Notes: generated by a model from the letters alone, not told the origin. DNA of 64,000 nucleotides from Antedon mediterranea (GCF_964355755.1 NC_092680.1:18361045-18425044), one strand, 5' to 3'. Counted from the first letter of the stretch, positions 34,298-64,000 are shown. Made by a program: numbers and translations.

Positions 34298-34545
34298 TAA
34301 GTCGGTCATGTGACTAAAGTTAATATGCAAATTATTAGATGAACTTATACTAACTGTGATTGGCTAAATCGTTGTCACTCTTGTTGCTGCCACTCGTTGA
34401 TTGGTTATTCGATAATCACTGTTGCTCCCGCGTATTCTGAACTTTTTCGGAACAACGATTGGCCAACTTTTTTACAGAAACGCGTGTCTGTACCCAAGCT
34501 CCTCCCCGAAAGTTTTAAGAACTTTTAGTAATTTAGAGGGCGCTA
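34286..34545 (-). promoter_or_regulatory. Promoter of the micro-exon transcript
   Basis: YY1-like AAAATGGC (34286), E-box GTCATGTGAC (34305), octamer ATGCAAAT (34325), three GATTGG/CCAATC boxes (~34358, ~34399, ~34458), AGAGGGCGC (34535), and local CpG enrichment. Confidence 0.55.
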
Positions 34546-37034
34546 TACATTGTGGAAATGCAGAGCCATATATATGGCTCTGTGGAAATGTTGCCAGGAC
34601 CATACAATAATGTTTTATGTTGTTATTATGTTAACTCAAAACTCAAAACGCCTGGAAAAAGGAAGTTATCAAAATTACTTCTTCTGTTAGCTTTAGGGTG
34701 TCTAGATGTTTGAATTAGTTTGAGTTTGGTGGTGGTCGGATCGTCGTTTCGTAAAATCTTTTTTTTTTTTATTACTTTTAATTTTAAAGTTATATAGTCA
34801 ATTTGTTTTAATTCATTTACTGAAACTTAATGCAGATTATTATTAGTGGATTTATTTGCTGAATGCATATATCTAAATAATAATAAGAATATTGTTTACA
34901 ACTATTATTATTAAAATGTTTTGTTCACAATAAAACAAATAACTAAATTAAATAAATAATATTTTTGGGCAACAATTTTATAATCTGTGTGTTTGAATTA
35001 ATCAGGGCAGTTGGAATATACTCAAAACAAATTGTTAAAAAAAATAACTTGAAATGCTATTTTTCCTAAATTAATAAATCTATAGGCCTATAGGCATTAC
35101 AATACCTTACTTGTATCATTTACGAATTTACCGTATCTTGCTTTATAATCGTTGTATACCGTATGTTGTTGTTTCAATATGTTAAGATAATTACAGATGT
35201 CAGGATAGGTTTTACGTTGGAAATAGGCAATACTTAATTTTAATATTTTTGTTTCAAAATATCAAATGGCATCAACAGTTCTCTGGTGTCTCCGGGGTCC
35301 CTAAGCTTCCAAAATATTGAATACATGTTGGTATATAATATGATGGAAGTAATACAGAAAAACATTAGGTAATTCTAAAATATATATATATTTCCGTCTA
35401 TATGTGAATACATATTTTATATTTTATTTAGATAATATTATTTTTTAAGCAAATAATGTTTGTAGTTTTGCTCTCCTGGTAGTATTGTTTTTGTTATACT
35501 TTTATATAAGTCCATCAGTCAGAGTTTCGAATTTTTGGAGCTCCACGTTATGTTATGAAACTCCAAAATATCTTTTACCAAAAAAGTCTAAGTACAGCCT
35601 AGACGTGGACACTGCTAGCTTAACTCGTTAAGACTGCATTGTTGAGTCTATTCTATGTTATTGTTGGTATAGAAGATTGTTTTATTAAAAAATAAATGTT
35701 CAGTAATCGAAATCAATGAAACGAGTACACTATAAATTATCCAAAATATGTATGTGTGTAAATACATAATATTAAAGCTCCAAACTATTTTACATATTCT
35801 TACATTACGTTTAATCTAGATTATCCTTTCATTTTATATTTCGGGGATACAATAACACAATCAATTATCCACATTTTCTTGTCAGGCACTATTCGCATAC
35901 ACTATGATTTCTGGCAGAAATGTTGTCAAGTCGTCGAGCTTAACTTGATCGATTATTCTATAGGTCCAAGTGACGATCTTGTGCTGAACAATTTTTGGTA
36001 ACGGAGGACTTCATATTGAAGTGACACTTAAAAACATGACATTGAAATTACTTGGTAGGCTAATTTTTTCGAGGCTAAATAATTATAGCAATTTATGTTG
36101 AACATAGCACAATGGAGTAATACCGTATTAAATATTAGTCGTAAACTCAAAGAGTGTTTCCTTGGTTACAATCGTCTGTTATCAATCTGATAACGCCTGT
36201 TATGTTGAGTTTTGTTAATGTTTTATATTCACTGTTCATATCATGACTATTTTTAAAGGAAACTTTGTCGTAGTAATGGTAGGTTAATTGACGACCAGAT
36301 GGTGATGTTGAATATGGATAAAATCCATAAAGAGTTATGTTTCTACAAAACGTTGCGGCAACAGAGAACATCATTAACCCGGATGAAGCACGCTTGATAT
36401 TCCAGAACCTAGAATATAAATTAAAGTGCATTTAGTATTGCTTGTTTCATCAGTAAGCCTTAATAAAGCATTATAATATTACTGACTTTAACAAAAGTAC
36501 TAATGATCATTTCCTGTAGAATTCATGTCATTGGCCAACATCTAAACTTAATGAAACTGAATGGAAGGAATGTACATAGGCCATATTGTCAAGTTGTGCA
36601 ATGAAAGTGTGTCTATTTACTTGTTTGGCACAAAATGAATTCTGTGTATATGGAATGACTTATATCGAGAAAAAATTAATTTTGTCTTTACAAAATAAAT
36701 TTTATCTACACAGAGTAAATTCTGTCTACATAGAATGAATGCTGTCGACACATAATTTATTTTGTTGACACAGAATGAATCATGTTCCAACAAAAGAAAT
36801 TCTGTTCAGGACATAATGGGACTGCTGGCTCTTGTAGTTACAGTAATCGTATTACTTTAGCAGTCCCTGACCAATTCATCTTTGTACATTGTATATTATG
36901 TTTTGTTGGTCAAATAAATAAATGAATTAATATTCTGATTAAACAGAATGAATTTTGTCTGCACAGAATTGTTTTTGTCCGAATAGAATCAATTGTGTCG
37001 TGTCACATAAATGTATTTTGTCGATTATCATTGT

Positions 37035-37385
37035 TATACCTCATTATACCCGTAGCAAAAAGGATTCGTCTTTTAAAGTTGCAGGCGGAAAAATATGGAG
37101 TGACTTGCCAGCAGATATAAAACATTCACCCACGATTATGTCCTTTAAAGCTAGATACAGATCTCATTTCTTTTCATAACATTTAACTTCAAGTTTATAT
37201 TTTTTGTTGTTATTATTATTATTATTATTATTATTGTTGTTATTGCTATTATTATTATTATTATTATTAATTGTATAAATATTTAAATTTGTATTCGTTT
37301 TTGACGACAGGATCACAATGCAATGCAGTTATTTCTACTTGATTGTGTATAATCCTGTATAAATATTAGTTGTTAAATAAATAAA
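37035..37385 (+). mobile_element. CR1/L2-like LINE 3' remnant with (TAT)n
   Basis: SFKVAGGKIWSDLPADIK......FK.R..H, typical of the LINE ORF2 C-terminus, followed by a microsatellite and an AATAAA tail. Confidence 0.6.
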
Positions 37386-38439
37386 CTAATTAATAAAATT
37401 AGTTGAATTAGAAATGTCCCGAACGGCGCCCCGTTAAAAAGACCATAATATCATTTCGAGTTTTGAGGATATCTTCAAAATACTAGTATGAATCCAAAGA
37501 CAAATCACTCAATAAAATAAAATGGCAATGTTTTGAGTAACAGTGACTGGAGCATTTCAATGGGAATATACAAATAAAATAAGCAGAAAGCTGTAAATTA
37601 AAAGATAACTTATAACATCAAGAAAGGAAATGTAGACCGTTCGGATAACACCAATCCTACTTACCCAGTTGTTGACATTCTTCCAGTGGGAAACCCGATT
37701 CGTATAGGCAATGACACATTTTTGACAAATTCTGATAACTTATAATATTTTTTTTGACGGCTACTTGGAGAGAACACTTTTGAAAACCACAGTATAGTAT
37801 TCTTAGTAAGTCTTTTAAATTTCTTCAAATATGTAGGACGACACGTAGCATTTTCGAGGCACATATTAATTTGACTGACTAAAGCACTGTTAATAGACAT
37901 CAGGCTTGTCTTTGTACCAACATCATTCTCAAAGCCTTCGGTTGGTGCCATGTTGTTTCTTATAACAAAGTCATGTTCATCAATTTCCTTGCCACAATGA
38001 CTATGTTTTAACACTCCTGAATTGCCTACAATAGCGCATGTGTTGTATGTCCCTAAAGGAGGAGAGTCTTTTGGCGGGTCTTTCGATTGGACCAATTTTT
38101 AAACATGTCACTATGTAAATTTCCATCATAAAGTAGAACACATAATTTGGCGTCAAACCGTTTATATTTCACGATCTTCTCTCTGTAGAATAAAAATAAG
38201 TATTATTTTGTTTACTCAGTTTCTATAGGTTTCTTACGAGAGATGGTCGATTATTAGAAGCGGTTCCTTAACAGAGTTGGTTGCTTATGATGTGTGGTCG
38301 TTTTAGAAAGTTGGTTGCTTACGAGAGGTGGAAAGACTGATAACTAAGTAATGATCGATGCTTGCACATGATTAATTAGCTGGCGATAGTAACTACATAA
38401 TCTGGGAGGCAATTTTCGTTACTACATAAGCTGGTGTTG

Positions 38440-39455
38440 ATTTTTATTTACTACATAAGCTGTTTATACATAAGCTGGAGGTTTTACTACATAAGCTGTT
38501 GGTGTTTATTATACATAAGCTGGAGGTTTTACTACATAAGCTGTTGGTGTTTATACATAGGAGGTTTTACTACATAAGCTGTTGGTGTTCATACATAGGA
38601 GGTTTTACTACATAAGCTGTTGGTGTTTATACATAAGCTGGAGGTTTTACTACATAAGCTGTTGGTGTTTATACATAAGCTGGAGGTTTTGCTACATAAG
38701 CTGTTGGTGTTTATACATAAGCTGGAGGTTTTACTACATAAGCTGTTGGTGTTTATACATAAGCTGGAGGTTTTACTACATAAGCTGTTGGTGTTTATAC
38801 ATAAGCTGGAGGTTTTACTACATAAGCTGTTGGTGTTTATACATAAGCTGGAGGTTTTACTACATAAGCTGTTGGTGTTTATACATAAGCTGGAGGTTTT
38901 ACTACATAAGCTGTTAGTGTTTCTACATAAGCTGGAGGTTTTATACATAAGCTGTTGGTGTTTATACATAAGCTGGAGGTTTTACTACATAAGCTGTTGG
39001 TGTTTATACATAAGCTGGAGGTTTTACTACATAAGCTGTTGGTGTTTATACATAAGCTGGAGGTTTTGCTACATAAGCTGTTGGTGTTTATACATAAGCT
39101 GGAGGTTTTACTACATAAGCTGTTGGTGTTTATACATAAGCTGGAGGTTTTACTACATAAGCTGTTGGTGTTTATACATAAGCTGGAGGTTTTGCTACAT
39201 AAGCTGTTGGTGTTTATACATAAGCTGGAGGTTTTACTACATAAGCTGTTGGTGTTTATACATAAGCTGGAGGTTTTATACATAAGCTGTTGGTGTTTAT
39301 ACATAAGCTGGAGGTTTTATACATAAGCTGTTGGTGTTTATACATAAGCTGGAGGTTTTACTACATAAGCTGTTGGTGTTTATACATAAGCTGGAGGTTT
39401 TACTACATAAGCTGTTGGTGTTTATACATAAGCTGGAGGTTTTACTACATAAGCG
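38440..39455. repeat. 42-bp minisatellite (two TACATAAGCTG-containing subunits) in the ST8SIA intron
   Basis: TACATAAGCTGGAGGTTTTAC-TACATAAGCTGTTGGTGTTTA repeated more than 20 times. Confidence 0.97.
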
Positions 39456-42400
39456 GTGGATTGTTCTACATTGACAGACGGTTGTTTAGTTGGCGTTTTC
39501 TACATTAACGGTTGTAACAGCGCGGTAACGGTAATAAAAATATAGAATCTATTATTCATTTAATAAACATAATATTTAATGAACATTTTACACAACGCGC
39601 GGAGCGGACGGGCGGTTTCCGTTGAGGATAGATACATAACAGATTCTACGTGGGACAAGCTAAGCGGTTTTCCACTTACCGTTACCGTCTGTGTAATACA
39701 TTGGCCTTAATACAGAAATCACCTGATCAATAGTTACAAAGTAATACATAATGTATGGCATATTCACGAGTAAAATATGATCTATTATTAATGATAAGGA
39801 ATATAATAATTGTTGATTTTGTGTGGATTCTCAGAATTATTATTCCGAATAACTCGGTAACAGTCTTTATGTTGTCTTCACTACGGCATGTAGTTACAAT
39901 AAAACTCTGGGATACATACTAAGGATGTTAATTAAGTCTAATGGATGTATTACACAAAACACGACACAAAAGACAATTGAATGGCTCCATCTTCAATCGA
40001 CTATGCATATTTGTATTCGCCCACATGCCAAACTCCAACGCCAATATTAAGACGCTTACACAAAAGAAATATTCATCATCATTGTCATTAACTTAATAAT
40101 TTTTATAAAGAATGTATTATATTCTTAAAAGAAAATGTGTGTTTTTCTCTATACCAATACTTAATAGGCCTATGTACGGTGGTAATTGTGAGTCCTAGTT
40201 CGCATAGTTACATTACTTTTTAATATTAAACATAATAATAATAATAATAATATAATCACTTTACTTGTTTTAAATTGTGTCTAAACTAACAAAGTGTGAT
40301 ATACCTAAATATGGTAGTGATATACCCAAATTTGGTAGTGATATGCCAAAATATGATAGTGATATGACATCATCATGTTCATATATGGGCACATCACATT
40401 TTTTTGTCACATAAAGTTTGATAGTGAGTCCTGTTCCCAGTTCGCATAGTTTTACAATACTTCTTTAATCTTAAACATATTATAGATATTTTATAATATA
40501 ATAGCTTTATTTTGTTTTAAGCTCTGTCTACACTATCAAACTTTTGACAAAAAAAGTGTGACGTGCCCAAATGGTAGTGATATACCCAAATATGCTAGTG
40601 ATATGCCCAAATATGCTATTGATATGACATCATCATGTCATGGGCACATCACATAAAGCTTTAGAATTCTAGTCTATAGAACATTGTATGTCTGGATCAT
40701 TATTTATTGTTACAAATTTACTTACTTGAACTTTAATGAAGCTCGCAAATTGATATGCCTAGTAAACTTTTCTGCTAGTGGATTAGGCTTATGAATTTCA
40801 AAGTTTCTGAAAAAGTAATTGAAGAAAATGGAAAACTCATGTTATTAGCCAAATACCACTAAGTATGTAATTGGGATGGACAAGGGGTAGTTGAATATGA
40901 TATATAATTATTCCTCTTTCTTATCGGTGTGAAATTTCCAGTTACAAACATTGATTGACTACAAAAGCTTTTTTATTAAAAAAGAACAAAGAAGTAGAAT
41001 TATTGGTTTCACTTACATAATTATGAAATGTTTATATTTTTTATTTATACATATTAATAGATAACTTGTTCATTTTGGCATATTACAAGGGTGGGTGCGT
41101 TATGTCTTTATTTATGTAGGCCTAAATTGTGAAAAAATATGTATATTTATAAATATTTATTTCTGCTCCTTCAATATTATTATGTGTATGTTATTGTTAG
41201 TGTTATTATTGTAAAGGTAGTACAACGTTTTTTTCAGGCTCTGCCTTAGTTGTACGTCCTCCATCTTAATTTGTATCCTCCAATAAAGATTGATTGATTG
41301 ATAAATCCATTTTAATTACAAAATCACCACTTACGTTGTGTTAACTTGAGATGCAGTCCTCTTTTGTGTGTTATCGTCATTTTCGTCGGAAGGTCTTGTT
41401 TTGTATAAATAATGCATGTTGCTGAAACTGTGGTTGTAAATAATATATGATTAAAATTAATAAACTGACAGATGAATAGAACAGCTTTCAATAGATAAGT
41501 CGCCTTTCTGTTTCCATATCTCACCTGTCATTGCGTGAATTAATATTACGTGTTCATTTCGTGCCTAGCTTCTGGATAAACCAACAATAGCCCATGCTCT
41601 CCAGAGGGAGGGCTGGGCTACGAAAGTAAAAAGTTTCTAGAACACCCCTGTATAATGGACTAGTCCGAAACCACGCCGTTATGTGGGAACGTTTCAACGT
41701 AGCGCTGTCATCATTTTCACTATTGATTTGTGTAGTTTCCGGTGCATTATAAGCATTCAAAACAATGTTTCGATTTTTTTGTTCATACAGTGATGTAGGT
41801 TTAATCTTTTAAGAACATTTCACAATAATATTTATATATTAATGTGTCGGAAAATCCTCTCTGAAAACTATGGCGCGCCAAGCTGTCATTTAAATTAAAG
41901 CAATAGAGATATCTAGTTTTGTTTGGTTGTTCTATCCTTGTGCGTGAGGCGATAATTTGAATCGTTTACGGTTATGTGGTAAAACTTTAAGGGGACACTA
42001 TAATAATACCTGGTGTTTCCTAAATTGGGACTCATCATATCATTTCAATCTCCATCATTCGATCACAAAAATGTGTCACCTGTATTATAGTGGGTTGTCC
42101 CAAGGAGAGAGTTACTATAATAATACACAAATAGGCCTAATATATAATAAATTGAATTAATTACCAAAATTTAGTTTTAAAATATTGTTTTGTTCGTTTT
42201 GCTTATCAACCAATGTTTGAGTCTAGAACATGAGTTTTGTCATAGAGAGTGTATAATATCTCTATGATTTTGTAGACTATTGATTTCATTTCTATGTTTA
42301 TACATTATAGTTCACTATAATATCTCTATGGTTTATAGTAATGTGTGCACGTATCAGTGTATATTTTTATAGCTTTATTCTTCCCCGAACATTATTTATA

Positions 42401-43957
42401 AATCGCGTTTACATTATAATCTTAATTACGTTTAGAGGCTATGTACATGAACCAATATGGTTTCATCGTGGCTCCTCGGAGTGGCATTACAAGTTTCAAT
42501 ATAAACTTTGCTTAAATTTCAATATCGTATAAGTTATTAATTAAAACAATATCTAAAAAATAGAATTTCTTCTTTTTAATGTTTTATTTTTTTTTTCTGT
42601 TTCGTGGGAGTCACCCACATTTATTCATTCTGTTATACGGTACCTTTTACAAACAAATATTAGTACTAAGAGGGAAATTTTTCATATAGACTATGATATA
42701 CATTTAATAATCTAAATTGCAATCATATTGATATTTTTAATGATCTATGATGATCTATGTTTTATATGTTTGTATACAGTATATTTATATCTGTATTTTA
42801 TTGTTAACCGTTTTTTATGTTAGTGGCGGTATTTATCGCTGTTGGTTTTGATTGAATAAAATAAAATAATAAATAAAATATTATACATACATTTTTTTGT
42901 AAAAATATAATAAATTCCATAGAGAAGTTAAAAAGGCACTATATCTATACATGTACATAAAATCGATGGAGTAAAAGTATCATTTAAATTTACTTTATAT
43001 TAAGAAATGTATTAAAAAGAAGTAGGTGTTTCTTTTATTATTATTTTAAATCAGTACTCACAATTTGTATGTTTCTTTTTTCTTTTGACCTTATTTTACA
43101 TCCATTACAAATATATAAACCCATACACACATTAATAGACCTATTTACATTCACGAATCAGTTTAACCTAGTTTCTCTATTATATTCTACATTTTATATT
43201 TTGGCCTTTAACATTTTGTTTTATTCCACTATTTCTAAACCTTAAAGTTCTGTTCTTACTATTTTGGCCATTTTAGTGTTTTAAATACATTACATGCATT
43301 GTTGACAAAATCACAAAGTTACTTACGTTGTGTGAACATGAGCTGCAGTCCTCTTTTCAGTGTTATTATCACCATTTTTCGAACGTGTGTAATTGTACTG
43401 TACGTTGCTTTGCTTGTAAATAATACATATGACTAAAAATGAATAAACTGACAGAATGGAAAGAACACCTTTCAATAAACAGGTCGCCATTCTGTTATAA
43501 GTAAGTAATTTCCATATCGCGCACGTGTCATTGATATGGTTTACGGTCCTACATACTAATTTCTTTACATAGCTGGCGCTGTCTCACGGAATTTGCTTTC
43601 GTTCAAGCTTGTTCCCACTCATTAGGCCGCAGCGCAATTCAAGGGCGCATAAGAGCGACGTAAATGATACCAGTGCATGACATCTCCTATAACAGAGCGA
43701 TTACTGTAAATAGATAGTGATTATTATTTATTATGATGCCAGTTGACTATGCATTTATGAACGGTAGGAATCGCAAAGATATCTCTCTTTGAAAATAAAA
43801 AAAAATTATTTTCCATTAAAAAAAAATAATTCGAAACCAGATAAAGCTAAGAATACTTAAAACAAAGCATACCCGTTACTCCAAAAATAAAAGTACGTAC
43901 ACGACTCAACAGCCGGTAGTCTATTTACGTGTATATTAACCTAGACATAGATAAGAT

Positions 43958-44034
43958 GACCGGTTAGCTCAGTGGACCGAGCGTTGTGTTTATAACATGA
44001 ATGTCATTCATTGGTTCGAATCCCATTCCGATCA
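43958..44034 (+). pseudogene. Degenerate tRNA-like sequence
   Basis: GACCGGTTAGCTCAGTGG..GAGC..GGTTCGAATCCC..CCGATC; the anticodon and variable arms are imperfect. Confidence 0.5.
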
Positions 44035-44199
44035 ATTGAAGCATCGTGAAGTTTAGTTTAGATATAATGGGTAAATTTTGGAAGAAGTTAGGGACATGCG
44101 AGGGGTATGTGTTTTGGGTTCACAAAATAATACGATCGACCCCGATCACATCGTGCTAGAAACAGGGGGAGCTGCAGACATAACATTTATTTACCCAGC

Positions 44200-44522
44200 C
44201 ACCTGTATTCGATCTCGTAAATTTTATGTTTAGCGCCCTCTGTTTTCAGACACCGCACATTTTTTTGGAAACATGCATGACGGGAAGCTTCCGGTTCAAA
44301 AATGTATATTTTTTTGTGTAATAAAAGTTCAGCGTTCATCCCATCTAAGAAGTTGATGGATGGTGTCTAATTTGGAACTTTAATGTTTGTTTTTATTTTA
44401 ACAGCTAATGTTGGATTAATATGAGTTTAGTTTTACCTAAACTTTTTCGAAGGAGGTGATCAGACGCTTGAAATATAGTTTAGGAACGTCGAGGCTCTAA
44501 GGAATTTGAAGCCTTTCGACAG
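44200..44522 (+). promoter_or_regulatory. Putative ROCK promoter and non-coding first exon
   Basis: CpG-richer region with GCGCCCTCT (44233) and ETS-like CTTCCGG (~44288). Donor CAG|GTAACG at 44522/44523. Acceptor TTTCAG at 46033 precedes the ATG exon. Confidence 0.45.
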
Positions 44523-44822
44523 GTAACGTAAGCCAGGCCTCCTACCTGTGTGTCCTAATAATACTCTAGCCTAGACGTGACACCCTACTATTAGGCCTAT
44601 AGAGGGCCAGGCTAGGCCTGTAATTTAATAGCATATACTAGAGGCTACACTTGTCCCAGCTACTCTAGGCCTAGCCTACAACAGACAGTAGAGTTATGAG
44701 TGAGAGGAACAAGTGATTAGTAGTAGCTAGATTGGATCCGCTAGAATCCAGATTAATAAGACTATAGAGATCCAACAATCATTCACAAATTTATTCAACG
44801 CCGTGGACGTGGTGGAGTCCGA

Positions 44823-45514
44823 CGTGGTTAGAATGGTTTCCGGCACCGGAACTCAACTGCCCACCGTTAGGGAATCCGACATGCTATTGCGCATGCCCAG
44901 AGCTCTGGGAAGTTATAGGGATTTACTGTAGCCTAGATAGTCGTTGCGCGAGCGAGAGAGTGATGGATGAAACTTGGCCTATGCCATACATGAATTAATA
45001 ATTAAAATACGACTACGCCACGCGTTAAAATAATTATAATGATATTAATATTAGTATCAGTATCTATCTAAGAATCGTAATGCTGTTTTTAGCGTTGCGA
45101 CCCTGACTTCCCGAACAGTTTTTTCACATCCACGCGGTGGCTGCCGTCAACAAATCAACTTGTGATTGCATGTTGTTATGTACAGTATAATGCGTTATGA
45201 AAAATCATAAAACTAGTCATGTAATTATATAATTCATAATGATATGAAGTTTCATATATGAATGAAGCAACCACTTTTTAATTACAAAATAAATAGGCCC
45301 CATTGGTCACGTCTAACTGGTACCCCTAGCCTAGATTAGTGGATCCCGTATTAGTAGGCATCTAGGCTAGTTCGCCGTGTGGCGCAGCTATGAAATGATC
45401 CATCGCTGTTGATAAGTATAGAGTCGCCGATTACCTCGCTCTGGGCATGCGCAATAGCGTGTCCGATTCCCTAACGCTGGGCAGTTGAGTTCCGGTGCCG
45501 GAATCCTAACCACG
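44823..45514. mobile_element. Element with ~80-bp imperfect terminal inverted repeats in the ROCK 5' intron
   Basis: 44823-44903 is the reverse complement of ~45438-45514 (TTCCGGCACCGGAACTCAACTGCCCA.CGTTAGGGAATC.GACA.GCTATTGCGCATGCCCAGAGC). Confidence 0.65.
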
Positions 45515-46076
45515 GCATTAAATTTTATTACCATACAAATACTGGTCTGCTTTTTGCAATTAATGGCCAGTAAAAAAACAGTAACACTCTAGGGGCCTAG
45601 CTAGGCTAATAGAAGTTTAGTAAAACTAGCCTATTAATAATTATTGATTGAGATTCAAATCTTTGTGGGTACCTCGGACAGTACTTCCTGGAAAACTGCG
45701 ATTCTACGGCAAAAACTGCTGTGGCTGATGGTGCTAATATTTATCCAAACTATTTTTTAATTAGTTGTAATATCTCTGCCTCACTGATATGGTCAGTAAA
45801 ATTGGCCCAGTAGCAAAACTGATCTAGAATCTGTTAAGTCTATATCGTGCCTAGCTTACCTGTATAAACCGACAATAGCCCGTGCTCTCCAGAGGGAGGG
45901 CTTTAGATACGAAAGTGAAACCCCTGTATTATAATGGACCAGCCGCAACCACGCCCTCATGTGGGAACGTACCAACGTAGCAAAACTGATCTAGAATCTG
46001 TTAAATTTACGACCATTTTTATTTTTTTTTCAGGTTTTTACTTTATATTCTGGATATTATATTTTAAAAACCGAGG

Positions 46077-62813
<16,737 letters not shown>

Positions 62814-64000
62814 TGAACAGAATGATATTGTGGCTACAGTAAGCGAATGCGAGGTTGTAACTTTTACTTCAGTAGAAATGAAGTATTAAGATACTTTTAG
62901 TAAGATAAACAGCTGTTTGCACCACATCATATTGAACCAAGACAACCAAACTGTCTGCACTATCAAACTTTATGCGACAAAAAAATGTGATGTGGCCATA
63001 TAGACATGATGATGTCATTTCATACCATATTTGGGCACATCACACTTTTTTTTGTCGAAGAAGTTTGATATTGTAGACAGAGCTTTTACACATTTTTACA
63101 CATCCTCACAAACCTTTCATTTAATTGTTCTCAAAATCATCCAATTCAAGATTAAGATGCAGATATCAAATAACCATTATTTTGCGTTTGGAGCTAAAAG
63201 TTGCACAGTGATAACTGATTAAATAGCTTTCTAACCCCAAATCAATTGGTGTTTTTAACAGTTGAAAATCGTTCCTTTTCCTTGGTTAATTTATTGACAT
63301 GGGTAATCTTGTCTTAGTCTCCAACTCCATAGGCCTACATACACTATTTTGGTGCCATCCATAATAGTACAAAATACAGGTAGTTTTTAGAATGTTAAAT
63401 GCGAACTTACTGTAGAGAGCAGTGTGGTGTGTAGACCATTAATGACTAGCAATACCACCTCCCCACGAGTCCCACTACACCTGCATAATCCTAGGCATAA
63501 TGCTTGGTTCTAGAGACCCAACACAAGGACGTAACGCAATGCAAGTGAATTGACCAGCGATAGATTATTCAAACTGTTGCTTGTCATTGGTCAACACGCT
63601 TACATCCTTGTGTAACCTCCTAGTGGGAACTAAGCTTAACAACGCATGGCATACCAAAGCGTGTCGTGCAACTATGATGAAATATAATTTTAAACACATA
63701 AATAAGAGAATTAATAAATTAATTGGTTATTTTTTCTAAGCAGAAACAGGACCTAAAACTATTTTATTGTTGTGTATAAATTTGCTTTTGTTGACATAAA
63801 GGCATATACATACCTTTTGATTTATTGACATCATCTAGGTATGTCTATAATGCTAACCTATCCATCATTACTTCATTATAAACTCATGCAAAGAATTCCA
63901 ACTGGAAGGGATGTATTTCTGATAGGCCAGCTTTCTTGAAGCTGTGTATATCAAACAAATCTAGCATGTGTGGTAATCTCTGGTATTCATAATATTTACC

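Larger units (their letters stand above)
36147..43510 (-). pseudogene. Alpha-2,8-sialyltransferase (ST8SIA family, GT29), apparently frameshifted
   Basis: Exon 37665-38182 has sialylmotif L (TCAIVGNSGVL..S.CG.EID..DFVIR.N.AP...DVG.KT). Exon 36147-36408 has motif S (SSGLMM...C..ITLYGFYP), motif III (HYYD), motif VS (HDMNSE) and a C-terminal Cys typical of ST8SIA. Stem exon at ~40726-40806. Two degenerate signal-anchor exons at ~41335-41530 and ~43327-43530. A 1-nt frameshift lies near 38097. Confidence 0.8.

Noticed and set aside
38582-39508. Several repetitive ORFs on both strands
   Set aside because: Translations of the 42-bp intronic minisatellite.

Overview
This is AT-rich (~70% by eye) eukaryotic genomic DNA with spliceosomal genes. 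It is most likely an invertebrate deuterostome such as an echinoderm, inferred from the Deu-domain SINE, the ST8SIA-type gene and the base composition. Genes assembled by hand from splice sites: C2CD5 on the minus strand (23 coding exons, 857-29543, continuing beyond the window start); a class A GPCR with an intronless CDS nested antisense in a 9.3-kb C2CD5 intron, whose third intracellular loop carries ~65 copies of a Ser/Thr-rich 8-aa repeat; a probable non-coding gene containing a tandem array of intron+micro-exon units (32-34 kb); an alpha-2,8-sialyltransferase that appears frameshifted; and the first five coding exons of Rho kinase (ROCK) on the plus strand. Introns hold many MITEs (Kolobok-, Harbinger- and pogo-like), LINE fragments, a 5S-rRNA/tRNA/Deu SINE, two identical tRNA-like genes with the unusual anticodon ATC, minimal hammerhead ribozymes of the Penelope/retrozyme type, and several minisatellites. 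All calls come from reading the sequence; no searches were run.
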